From contig JAGGZY010000016.1 of the NCBI GenBank assembly GCA_021161775.1, forward strand, positions 1 through 55,191: a stretch of DNA of 55,191 nucleotides. The letters run 5' to 3'. Below, piece after piece: positions 10,301-19,122 of the stretch (its first letter is position 1; each line of letters opens with the position of its first letter). The DNA is from Dehalococcoidales bacterium. GTDB taxonomy: Bacteria > Chloroflexota > Dehalococcoidia > Dehalococcoidales > UBA5760. The position numbers and the translations under genes were made by a program. Under the pieces are notes generated by a model. That model was not told where the DNA came from, did not search any database, and saw nothing but the letters and a program-made list of their open reading frames with translations.

Positions 10301-10391
10301 TGGCGGAGGGGGTGGGATTCGAACCCACGGTTCCCAAAACGAGAACAACGGTTTTCAAGACCGTCACCATAGACCACTCGGACACCCCTCC
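10301..10391 (-). tRNA. tRNA-Ser (anticodon UGA), class II with a long variable arm, CCA encoded
   Basis: Minus-strand sequence: GGAGGGGTGTCCGAGTGGTCTATGGTGACGGTCTTGAAAACCGTTGTTCTCGTTTTGGGAACCGTGGGTTCGAATCCCACCCCCTCCGCCA. The acceptor stem is GGAGGGG/CCCCTCC and the anticodon stem is ACGGT/ACCGT with loop CTTGAAA. The T-loop is GGTTCGAATCC. Confidence 0.9.
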
Positions 10392-10424
10392 TGAAGCTAA
10401 ATTTTGCGACCTACTAGATATAAC

Positions 10425-10844
10425 TCACAAAATTGGCGTTAATTTGGCGTTATTTTTTTGAGATGCCTCGTTCACCCCTGCCGGTAGTACCTCATCCAGT
10501 AACGCTATGGCATCCTCTTGCATCCCCTCGATTATATGGCTGTAGACGTCCATTGTAAAGGCTACCGAGGTGTGACCCGGGGCTTCACTGATAACCTTTG
10601 GTTTGGCTCCCCTTAGTAACATAAGGCTGGCAAAGGTATGCCTTAAATCGTGAAAGCGGACATTCTCCAAGCCAGCTTCTTTAACTATTCTGGCGAAGTT
10701 ATGAGTAAGCACGCTTGGGTCAAGCGGTTTGCCTTCAAGATTAGCAAAAACAAGTCTCTCTGCCCGGTAGTCTCTAAGGAACAGGGCTAACTTTGGTGTC
10801 ATGGCGATACGGCGCTGATTGTTTTCGCTCTGCCATATACTCAT
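10425..10844 (-). pseudogene. Tyrosine recombinase/phage integrase, C-terminal catalytic fragment only
   Basis: The fragment carries HDLRHTFASLMLL...GHTSVAFTMDVYSH (the H-x-x-R and terminal Y region). It lacks the N-terminal SAM-like domain and the first catalytic Arg. No intact continuation could be read upstream (10845-11180). Confidence 0.8.
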
Positions 10845-11178
10845 TAATCATACGTTTAAATCTCTGGCTACCAAGTCGCCTATCGATAAATTGAAGGAAT
10901 CATTTTCATCCAGTAGCCTTCTATGTCCTTTCCTACTTCTTTCGCTCTCCACTCTCCACAACATGGGTATGAGCTCCTGTGCTAAGTGGACCTGAACCTC
11001 TTTTTCTACCGTGGGTATCTCCCCCCTTAATATCTTTCATAAGCTCAGCGGTGAGTGCCATTCGGTCCAAATTCCCTTCCCACTTTTGCATAGTTCTTAT
11101 AGTAGGAGGCTTGATGTTAAGGAGAAACTTAATATCATCTCTGATTGCTTTCTATACCTTACGCTTTTCCAAAAGTTG

Positions 11179-11500
11179 GACAAGATAAAGCAAGCATTGG
11201 GTAGTGATAAGGTTTTTGATGTGATAGGTGAGGTCTTGGGCGATAAGAACCTATCTCAGCTTATGGTGGAAGCAGTCGCCAATGCTAGGAGGATTGATGA
11301 AATCCTGAAGGAACTTGATATCACTGTAGATGAGGAATATATTGCCAAAGTTAAGGACAACATGGCAGAGAGCCTGGCTACCCGCTACATTGATTATACC
11401 CGTATAAAGGAAATGGCACAGCAAGCTAAAGAGCACCGACTTATCCCTGAGTACACAGAGGAATTCTTTAAGAGGGCTGTTAGCATTCAGCGGCACAAGG
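11179..11500 (+). pseudogene. Gene fragment, apparently the C-terminal piece of a larger protein, embedded in the composite track ORF 11011..11673
   Basis: Only the middle of the track ORF looks protein-like (KIKQALGSDKVFDVIGEVLGDKNLSQLMVEAV...RLIPEYTEEFFKRAV). The 5' part overlaps integrase debris and the 3' part overlaps the GT2 gene. The family is unassigned; a helicase-associated C-terminal region is only a guess. Confidence 0.3.
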
Positions 11501-11592
11501 TGTCATATGAGACCTTAATCTTCGGAACCGAGGGGCGTGGGTTCGAGTTTTACCTCTCGCTCCACAAAGCTGGGTGGCTATATCTCGTAAAC

Positions 11593-13206
11593 CTAGTCTG
11601 CTGTCCAATCCCTAAAAATGTGCGCGTCGGGATATCCACGAAATGGGCGGTTAAAGTAGAATACCATCGCTAACAGAGAGCCGTTATAAATAGCCCAGCA
11701 AGCATTTACTACCATAGCTAGGTCTAGAGTAGCTGTGAGCCTGTAGATTGCCACTGAGGTTGCTATCAGGCTAATCGCCAGTAAGCATAACTGCGGAGAC
11801 AAGTATCTCCAAGGGATTCTACCACCGGCGCCCTTTGGAGTTACCCCAAAGGTGTGTTTCTTTCCAACTGTAGCCGCTACAGCAGCTCTCATCAGCGGGT
11901 AGAATGTAATGAAGGCTAACGATTGAGCCAGGAAAAGATCTCGTACCCGGTACCCGCGTTTCTTCATGCTCAGATAGAAGCTACCTAGTGAAACGGCGAA
12001 GTATGGCACAAAGGCGGCAGTGTAGATAAGCGGGTCAGTAACGAGGGGGCGGAGACCGAAGATGATGAAAACTATAGGGCTAATGATAAAAATGAAATTG
12101 GACCAACCAATGAAATAGTAAGACCCTGAAAGGAAGTATTCCCACCACTGCCCGATGCTTAGCGCTCTCGGGTGGAGTAATAGTTTTTTAACAATCCCCC
12201 TAAATGTTCCTATGGTTCCTGTAGCCCAGCGCATTTGCTGGGTGAAATAACCAGCCAGTGTCTCTGGGGCTAAACCATACGCACAAACCTTGTTGTAATA
12301 CAGCGATTGCCAGCGCTTATAGTGCAGTCGCACACTAGTAGCAAAATCCTCAGTAATCGAGGTTTCATCAAAGCCACCGATGCTGTGCAGTGCTTCAGTA
12401 CGAAAAACTACATTGGTACCACAACAGAACGTAGCGCTGCTGGTACTCTTGCCCTCGCAAATATACTCGTAGAATACAGACTGCTGGTGAAAAGCGCCAA
12501 GAGCCACCGGACTGTACTGCGCTTTCTCATAAAATTGAGGGGTCTGAACAAAAGCCAGCCTTGTATTCTCTTCAAGTAACGGAATAATCTCCTTGAGAAA
12601 ACCACTGACTGGTTTCTGATCGGCATCAAAGACAGCAGCATACTTTTCTTTAAGATTCCTTAACAGGTCGTTAATGGCCCCTGCCTTGTAGCCCCGCCGG
12701 TTAACGCGATGGACATAGATACATTTATATCGTTGAGCCAACATCTCTGCTGCTTTCTGCAACTCCTGTTTTGTAGAGTCATCCAGCAAGTATACCCTTT
12801 TGTTGGTGTACTCAAGGTTGGTGACTGACGCGATGGTATCCTCTAACATAATGGGGTCCTCGTTGAAACTGGCTATAATTACAGCAACCGATGGCTCGCA
12901 GGATAGCGCAAAAACATGAGTCTGGGTTAGCCTATACTTCTTGGTGGCTCTAATAGTACTTAGAAAGTAACCCACAGCATGGATTAGAATAAAAGATTCG
13001 GCGCCAAGGAGTAGAATGGCGAAGATTCGGTCTCCTAGCCTGTAGCCAGGATTGAAGAGAGCGGCACCTCGAAAAATAGCGTATATGCAAAGCAGGGTAA
13101 GCCCAACCAGCACCAAAACATAGAGAGTGGTGGAGGTTCCACCCCTCCAGGTGGAATCAACCCCTCCCTCATTCTCATCATCCGCCATCTTGAAGATTCT
13201 GCTCAT
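11593..13206 (-). CDS. Processive family-2 glycosyltransferase, cellulose-synthase-like (multi-pass membrane, no PilZ domain seen)
   Basis: The D,D,D,QxxRW signature is complete: YLLDDSTK, AVFDADQKP, SITEDFATS, QQMRWATG. Hydrophobic segments flank it at the N- and C-termini. Confidence 0.85.
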   Translation of the reverse strand: MSRIFKMADDENEGGVDSTWRGGTSTTLYVLVLVGLTLLCIYAIFRGAALFNPGYRLGDRIFAILLLGAESFILIHAVGYFLSTIRATKKYRLTQTHVFALSCEPSVAVIIASFNEDPIMLEDTIASVTNLEYTNKRVYLLDDSTKQELQKAAEMLAQRYKCIYVHRVNRRGYKAGAINDLLRNLKEKYAAVFDADQKPVSGFLKEIIPLLEENTRLAFVQTPQFYEKAQYSPVALGAFHQQSVFYEYICEGKSTSSATFCCGTNVVFRTEALHSIGGFDETSITEDFATSVRLHYKRWQSLYYNKVCAYGLAPETLAGYFTQQMRWATGTIGTFRGIVKKLLLHPRALSIGQWWEYFLSGSYYFIGWSNFIFIISPIVFIIFGLRPLVTDPLIYTAAFVPYFAVSLGSFYLSMKKRGYRVRDLFLAQSLAFITFYPLMRAAVAATVGKKHTFGVTPKGAGGRIPWRYLSPQLCLLAISLIATSVAIYRLTATLDLAMVVNACWAIYNGSLLAMVFYFNRPFRGYPDAHIFRDWTAD

Positions 13207-13255
13207 TTTCCCTTATCATGTGGGTATCTTCATTGCGGTTTTGCGTAAGGTGCCC

Positions 13256-13627
13256 TCAGCGTTGATGTTTCTGAAGTAGCTCTTCTATCTGAGCAACCAA
13301 TCCTTTTGGCGAAAACGGTTTGATAATGTAAGCATCGGCGCCTATTTTAAGTCCCTTGGCTACTTCATAAGCTTGGCCCTTAGCCGAAAGAAAAACGATT
13401 AGAATCCCTTTTGTTGCTTCCGCCTCTCTCAGCTTACGGCAGGCTTCATATCCACTCATAACAGGCATCATAGCATCCAGGAGAATAAGTTCAGGTAATT
13501 CCTGATGAGCTAGGGCCACTGCTTCAGCTCCATTGGTAGCTTCTATTACTTCAAATCCTCGCCGTTCGAAGGTAAAGCGCACCAGGTTTCGGACATCTTT
13601 CTCGTCATCGGCAATTAGAATCTTCAG
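13256..13627 (-). CDS. Single-domain response regulator (receiver); no canonical start codon in the assembled frame
   Basis: The track ORF (13256..13582, GTG) starts inside the domain. The same frame continues upstream as DEKLKILIADDEKDVRNLVRFTF..., which is the normal REC N-terminus with the acidic pair. The only candidate start is CTG at 13627. The phospho-acceptor context LILLDAMMP is intact. Confidence 0.75.
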   Translation of the reverse strand: MKILIADDEKDVRNLVRFTFERRGFEVIEATNGAEAVALAHQELPELILLDAMMPVMSGYEACRKLREAEATKGILIVFLSAKGQAYEVAKGLKIGADAYIIKPFSPKGLVAQIEELLQKHQR

Positions 13628-16600
13628 CTTTTCATCCCCCCCCCGAGTAGCTTCTGGATTTCCCCAACGAGGTAGTCTAAAGAGAACGGCTTGGTGACAA
13701 ACTGGCTAGCGCCCAAAGTCAAAACCCTTTTCCGACTCTCTTCTACCTTGTATTCTCCACCGCTCATTACTATGACAGGGATGTCACAAGTCTCCTTATT
13801 CATCTTCAGGGTTTGTAGTATCCCATAGCCGTTTACCTCGGGCATCCTGATGTTAAGCAAGATCAATGCCGGGCGCTTCTTGGATGACTGAGCCACAGTA
13901 GTAGCTCCGTCAGAGCATAAGATAGTCTCATAGCCCTTTTGCCTCAGGATGTCACCTAATAATTGGAGCATTTCAGGGTCGTCATCAGCTATAAGTATCT
14001 TCTTCTTGACACTCTTAGTCATAATCCTGCGGACATAGTCTAATAAACGATCTCTATCAATCGGTTTGGTGAAATATTCCACGGCTCCCAGACGGATAGC
14101 CATATTTCTATCCTGGACTATGGTAAGCATCAGCACCGGGATAGATGCAGTATCTGGTTCAGCTTTAAGGCGCTCAAGCACAGTAAACCCATCTATGTCC
14201 GGTAGAAGGACGTCAAGAGTAATTAGATCGGGGCATTCCTGCCTGGCCTTATCTAGAGCCTCTTGCCCGCTAGTAGCCACAATTGTTTGGTAGCCGCTCT
14301 TTTCCAGATAGACTCTCACGAGCTGAGCCGTATCTGGCTCATCCTCTACTACTAATATCTTGCCCCTTGTGCCAAGCGAGCCCTCGGGGTGAGTTCTCGG
14401 GCCTTCGACAGGAGCCACTGCTGGCAAGGTGAAACTGAAGGTACTACCCTTACCGAGCTTGCTCTTCACCCACATCTTGCCCCCATGCATCTCCACGATG
14501 GATTTAGTAATGGCCAGGCCCAGTCCTGTGCCACCCGCCTCCTGTGTAACCGAGCTATCAACACGGAAGAACTTGGTGAAAAGCCTCTGCTGGTCCTGAG
14601 CGGAGATGCCGATGCCACTGTCAGTTACATTGACCTGTACTTGACCGTCAGTCCTTTTGGCAGAAACGTTAATCTTCCCACCTGCTGGGGTGAACTTGTA
14701 GGCGTTGCTTAGCAGATTGGTTAGTATTTGAGTGATACGAGCCTGGTCTCCTTTTACTTTTAGGGGTCCCTGTGGAAGAACAAGTTCCAAGTTTATCTTT
14801 TTGTCATCAATCTGTTTGCGCAGAGAGGTTGCTACCTCCCTGATGACCTGGTCTAGCGGCATAACAGTGGGCTTGAGCTGAATCTTACCCGATTCAATAC
14901 GAGAAATATCAAGGAGGTCATTAATCAGGGCAATAAGGCGGTCAGTATTGCTTTGAACGATACTCAGAAATCCCCGCTGTGTTTCGTTGATTTCACCGGC
15001 TTCGCCGTCGACCACGAGGTCAACATAACCTTTGATAGAGGTAAGTGGGGTTCTCAGCTCATGCGAGACCATGGAAACAAACTCAGTTTTCATCTGGTCA
15101 ACCTTGGCTAACTCCGTGATGTCACGGGTAGCACATACCGTGCCCAGACGCTGACCATCCTCGGTTTTTATTAGCGTGACATTGATACTGAGAATTTTAT
15201 CGCCCACCTTTCGTATGAGGGGTGCTGGAACTTCGCCAGACGCCTCCTTCTTTGCTAACTGGTCGATATCTTCCTTCTTAATTGGCAGGCAGTCATCAGC
15301 ATCTTTGCCCAGAATATCTTCTATCTTCAGATTGAGTAGTCGTTGCATAGCGGGGTTCACAAGCGTGATGCGGTTTTCAGCATCCCTCACTACTATGCCC
15401 TCCGCCATACTGCATAGGATAGTCTGTAACTGGTTTCTATCTTTGCGGATGCTCTCATATAGCTCGGCATTTTCGATAGCAATGCCAATCCCACTCTCAA
15501 TTGAGGTAAGCAAGTCAACGACCCGAGCAGTAAATTGTCGTTGGCTGTGGGTTCCCAGGACCAGTACACCAAATATTTTGGCTTTTGACTTAAGGGGTAT
15601 GGCAACAAACGACCTCAGACCTTCCTCTGTTAATGCCATTCTAATCGACTTTGACTGGCTAGAGATATCTCTTATGATGATTGGTTTCCCTAGCTGGGCT
15701 ACCTTAGAAATATCTCCCATGACGGTTGGTTTCCCTGACTGAACTACCTTCACTGGAAGTGATTCCCCAACCTTGATATCAGCTATCTTTTTCACGAACT
15801 TTTCTGACATTCCTCGATGAACAGCGACCTTCAAATTCTTGGTCTCCTTATTTATCAAAAGTATGCTGCCCACTTCTACCCCCAGTACCTCCAGCACCTT
15901 ATCTAGGGTATCGTTTAGGATCTCGTCTAGATTAAGTGACTGCCCCATGGTAACAGCAATGGCATTGAGAGCAGCAAGCTCAGTATTGCGCCAACGTATG
16001 CTTTCCTCCGCCTGCTTACGCTCGGTGATATCCTCTAATATCCCGTCAAAGTATAGAATCTCACCCTTCTCATTCCTGACTGCTACCTTGGTGTCCGAGA
16101 CCACTATCTCGCAGCCATCCTTTCTTCTGAACCGAATCTCCTGGGTTGTCTTGCCCTGGGTTAGGGCTATTTTCTGAAGGGTGGCTTCTCTTTCTTCGGG
16201 ATGCGTATACAGCTCGGATACCGCCATCTGGAGTAACTCTTCCCGAGAGTAGCCGGTAATCGCTTCCATAGCCGGGTTTACCTCAATGAACCTCCCTTGG
16301 GGACCCGGGGTTGACCTGAGGATACCCAACTTGATGTTGTTTACCAGACTCCGAAATTTTTTCTCGCTCTCTTTTAATGCTGTCTCCATCTGCTGGCGCT
16401 CGGTGATGTCAGTAAAAATGGCTAATTCTGCCGGCTGCCCTTTATACTGGGTCCGGGTAGCTCTGACCTCGAAACAACGCTCCTCGCCATTTGCTATATA
16501 CACGAATACATAATATGCTCCTACAGCTTCGCCGCGCGCCCTCTTGGTAAAATTCTCCTTGAGGATGCTTTTGGATTTCTCGAGAAGGAATTCAATTTCA

Positions 16601-16779
16601 AAGAAGCGTTTGCCAATAAACTGGTCTCTTGACATACCGGATGTTTTAAGGAATAAAGCATTCATATCGAGCAGGGTGCCATCTGCACCCAATATAACTG
16701 CGGGGATAGGTAGTGTCTGGAACAAACCGTCCGTCTCTGATTCTCTAGCTTCCTCTCTCATGTTCAATACCTCCGCCAT
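13624..16779 (-). CDS. Hybrid sensor histidine kinase (PAS-PAS-GAF-PAS-HisKA-HATPase-REC-REC), cytoplasmic
   Basis: H-box FVSMVSHELRTPLTSIKGY and G2 box GGTGLGLAITKSIVEMHGG are present. There are two C-terminal receivers: ILVVEDEPD...LITLDVLLP and ILIADDDPE...LILLNIRMP. The N-terminal PAS/GAF repeats each end with DITERK/DITERQ-type motifs. Confidence 0.9.
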   Translation of the reverse strand: MAEVLNMREEARESETDGLFQTLPIPAVILGADGTLLDMNALFLKTSGMSRDQFIGKRFFEIEFLLEKSKSILKENFTKRARGEAVGAYYVFVYIANGEERCFEVRATRTQYKGQPAELAIFTDITERQQMETALKESEKKFRSLVNNIKLGILRSTPGPQGRFIEVNPAMEAITGYSREELLQMAVSELYTHPEEREATLQKIALTQGKTTQEIRFRRKDGCEIVVSDTKVAVRNEKGEILYFDGILEDITERKQAEESIRWRNTELAALNAIAVTMGQSLNLDEILNDTLDKVLEVLGVEVGSILLINKETKNLKVAVHRGMSEKFVKKIADIKVGESLPVKVVQSGKPTVMGDISKVAQLGKPIIIRDISSQSKSIRMALTEEGLRSFVAIPLKSKAKIFGVLVLGTHSQRQFTARVVDLLTSIESGIGIAIENAELYESIRKDRNQLQTILCSMAEGIVVRDAENRITLVNPAMQRLLNLKIEDILGKDADDCLPIKKEDIDQLAKKEASGEVPAPLIRKVGDKILSINVTLIKTEDGQRLGTVCATRDITELAKVDQMKTEFVSMVSHELRTPLTSIKGYVDLVVDGEAGEINETQRGFLSIVQSNTDRLIALINDLLDISRIESGKIQLKPTVMPLDQVIREVATSLRKQIDDKKINLELVLPQGPLKVKGDQARITQILTNLLSNAYKFTPAGGKINVSAKRTDGQVQVNVTDSGIGISAQDQQRLFTKFFRVDSSVTQEAGGTGLGLAITKSIVEMHGGKMWVKSKLGKGSTFSFTLPAVAPVEGPRTHPEGSLGTRGKILVVEDEPDTAQLVRVYLEKSGYQTIVATSGQEALDKARQECPDLITLDVLLPDIDGFTVLERLKAEPDTASIPVLMLTIVQDRNMAIRLGAVEYFTKPIDRDRLLDYVRRIMTKSVKKKILIADDDPEMLQLLGDILRQKGYETILCSDGATTVAQSSKKRPALILLNIRMPEVNGYGILQTLKMNKETCDIPVIVMSGGEYKVEESRKRVLTLGASQFVTKPFSLDYLVGEIQKLLGGGMKS

Positions 16780-16812
16780 TAGCTTATCAATCTATATCAA
16801 TTTAACCGAAGT

Positions 16813-17514
16813 TTAAAACGGCCTCTCACCGGGAATAACTGTAATTCCCTTTTTACCAATACGCAAACGGTGGATGCCCATATCGTGATTGGTACCTCGC
16901 ATTTTTGCTATCTGAATGGCTCGGTAGGTAGGTGTTACATACAGGACAATGACGCCATGACTTACAAATTGCTCAATCCCGTAGCGTGTGGTTTTGGCTT
17001 CTCCTTCAACCATCTCGGTCAAGAGCAAGGTGGTGCAACCCAACTCCCTCAGCATGGCTCCTATCCGTAGTACATCACGACGCAACGCAACTACATCATG
17101 ATACGGCAGTCCCAGAGAGGCTATAGAGTCGAAAACGATACGCTTGGCATTAATCTTTACCGCCTGCTGGTGAATGTTGTCCAGCAAGCCGTTAATGTCG
17201 ACCCTCTCTTGGCTGACTTCAAATGGAATCGGTGACTGGACTATAGCCAGCTTCCCCTGTCCTATCAGTTGCTCCAACTCCCAGCCATAGCGACTCATAT
17301 CCCGGAGGATGTCAGTAGCCTCCTCCTCTAGGGTTACCAGAAGCCCGTTCTCTCTAAAGCTGGCACTACCGTTATACAGAAACTGCATACCCAGGGTGGT
17401 CTTCCCTGACCCTGCCGCTCCGGTTACCAGTGTGACACGCCCGTTTAGTAATCCACCCTCAATAAGCTCATCCAGTCCGGACACTCCTGTGGGTACTCGC
17501 TCTATGTCTACCAT
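16813..17514 (-). CDS. KaiC/RecA-like single-domain ATPase (COG0467-type)
   Basis: The N-terminus reads RVPTGVSGLDELIEGGLLNGRVTLVTGAAGSGKTTLGMQFL (Walker A). Walker B is RIVFDSIASL. The 233-aa size is typical of stand-alone KaiC-like domains. Confidence 0.8.
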   Translation of the reverse strand: MVDIERVPTGVSGLDELIEGGLLNGRVTLVTGAAGSGKTTLGMQFLYNGSASFRENGLLVTLEEEATDILRDMSRYGWELEQLIGQGKLAIVQSPIPFEVSQERVDINGLLDNIHQQAVKINAKRIVFDSIASLGLPYHDVVALRRDVLRIGAMLRELGCTTLLLTEMVEGEAKTTRYGIEQFVSHGVIVLYVTPTYRAIQIAKMRGTNHDMGIHRLRIGKKGITVIPGERPF

Positions 17515-17530
17515 CTTAGCCTCCCGAGGT

Positions 17531-17824
17531 CTATTTGCGTTTAGTATCTTTGCTGGTCCACAGCTTGGGGAGATTAGGGTCTTTAAAGCGCAGGCTAAAC
17601 AGCTTAGGCGTTTCCCCTCGTCTGATTACCAAATCCTCCTGCTGTAGTCGATAGAGGACAGCATGTACCCGAGAATAGGGTATCTCGGTTTGGGCACTGA
17701 TTACCTTGGCAGAAGATTCACCTATCTCGTTTAGTAGTTTATAAACCTTTACCTCATCCTCGCCCAAGTCCAAAAGTTCTGGATACCTCTCGATAAAGGA
17801 CATTACCTTCTTCTCCCTTCCCAA
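17531..17824 (-). CDS. Small winged-helix transcriptional regulator, TrmB-like HTH
   Basis: LDLGEDEVKVYKLLNEIGESSAKVISAQTEIPYSRVHAVLYRLQQEDLVIRR matches the TrmB N-terminal wHTH pattern as I recall it (L.L..E..vY..L...g..ta.eia....ip.srvy.vL..L....lv). Confidence 0.65.
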   Translation of the reverse strand: MGREKKVMSFIERYPELLDLGEDEVKVYKLLNEIGESSAKVISAQTEIPYSRVHAVLYRLQQEDLVIRRGETPKLFSLRFKDPNLPKLWTSKDTKRK

Positions 17825-17854
17825 ACTAATTAAGCTGAATAACCAATTCCTCTT

Positions 17855-19102
17855 CTACTCTAGCATTGCTTTCTTAATCAGTCTTAACTCATCCCTGACC
17901 AGCCTGGTTATCAAGAATTCCCTCTGCACTCGCTCTTTACCCTTAGCCCCTAGCTCTCTAGCCAAAGCCCTATTCTGTAACAGCGTCACTATCCTCTCGG
18001 TACACTCTTCTACGCTGCCAACTAGAAGCTCGGCAAGCTCACCACCCATTTGCCGGGGAATACCTCCCACTTTGCCACCAACTACGGGTGTGGATTTCCA
18101 CAATGCCTCGGATACAGTTAAGCCAAAGCCTTCCCGTAACGATTTTTGAATTATTATGTTGCTAGCTCGTTGAAATACATTTATCTCAATATCACTCAGG
18201 TTGTAAAATACGAAGAGGTCAGGGTCATCTTCAGCCACCGCCTCCACTTTTTCAAGTAATTGTGTTCCCTCCGGGTCATCGCTGGCTAGAGAGCCTATTA
18301 GGGCTAATTGCAAACCTTGAATCTCCTTCTTTGCCATCCGATAGGCCTCAATTACCCCAAAGGGGTCCTTCCACGGGTCAAATCGAGATACCTGGACTGC
18401 CAGCGGGCGGTTAGCATCAATCCCCATGTCAGGGAGAAAATCTACGCACTGCCGTACTGGAAGCCCCCGATTCTTAGGGCTGGTGGGGTCAATAGCTGGC
18501 ACTATTGCTTCCACCCAGGGTATCCGCAAATTAGCCGGAACATATTGTTCCAGGGTAAAGACAGCACCATCGTACTCCTCCACATAGGGTTTAAGGAACT
18601 GCCATACATCCTGATTAGGATTAGAGGTATCTATATGGCACCGCCATATCCACTTAGTTTGCTGGCTATTAGAGAAGTGACGAAGTGCAGCTGGTTGAGG
18701 GTCATTTACAATAATAATATCATAGTTAGAATCAAGGTGCCGTGCATTCTCAGAGTTACACTTAATATAGGCCTCCTTCTCCTCAGCACTAAGCCAATAT
18801 TCAGCACCCTGGAGAGCATTGTGGAAGTTCTTGGTAACCTTAAAGAACGGTTCGTTACCGCTAATGATACGCCAATCAGCCGTAATTCCAGCATCATTCA
18901 GCAGAGGAATGCAAGAATAAAGTAATTCGGCTACTCCTCCTCCGTAGGGGGTTGAGTTGATATGACACAAGCGAATACCCCTGAGTTCTGCCCCCAGTGC
19001 CATGATTTCATCAATAATTTGGTCTTCGGTTAAGACCATGGGACGATAGTTAGCCAAGTTCTTTTCACCTACGGTTATCTTCTCCAGCATTTGTTTCCCC
19101 AA
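17855..19102 (-). CDS. treT: Trehalose synthase, TreT-type GT4 glycosyltransferase
   Basis: A long run of motifs matches my recollection of archaeal TreT: HINSTPYGGGVAELL, FFKVTKNFHNALQG, NDPQPAAL, WIWRCHIDTS, QVSRFDPWKDP, DDPEG, NVFQRASNIIIQKSLREGFGLTVSEALWK. The assignment is by recall, not by search. Confidence 0.8.
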   Translation of the reverse strand: MGKQMLEKITVGEKNLANYRPMVLTEDQIIDEIMALGAELRGIRLCHINSTPYGGGVAELLYSCIPLLNDAGITADWRIISGNEPFFKVTKNFHNALQGAEYWLSAEEKEAYIKCNSENARHLDSNYDIIIVNDPQPAALRHFSNSQQTKWIWRCHIDTSNPNQDVWQFLKPYVEEYDGAVFTLEQYVPANLRIPWVEAIVPAIDPTSPKNRGLPVRQCVDFLPDMGIDANRPLAVQVSRFDPWKDPFGVIEAYRMAKKEIQGLQLALIGSLASDDPEGTQLLEKVEAVAEDDPDLFVFYNLSDIEINVFQRASNIIIQKSLREGFGLTVSEALWKSTPVVGGKVGGIPRQMGGELAELLVGSVEECTERIVTLLQNRALARELGAKGKERVQREFLITRLVRDELRLIKKAMLE

Positions 19103-19122
19103 TCACCCCTTTCGGGAATATA

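Noticed and set aside
11531-11571. tRNA-like 3' fragment (GGGCGTGGGTTCGAGTTTTACCTCTCGCTCCA) that might be an att remnant marking an island end.
   Set aside because: A T-loop-like GGTTCGAGT is present. However, the T-stem does not pair (GTGGG against TTTAC) and no matching acceptor 5' strand exists. It is also on the opposite strand to tRNA-Ser. The case is too weak to call without a covariance-model scan.
11011-11673. The 220-aa track ORF taken as an intact gene.
   Set aside because: Its first ~55 codons run through integrase debris. Its last ~27 codons overlap the GT2 gene's 3' end on the opposite strand. Only the central ~100 residues look like real protein, so I treated it as a fragment.
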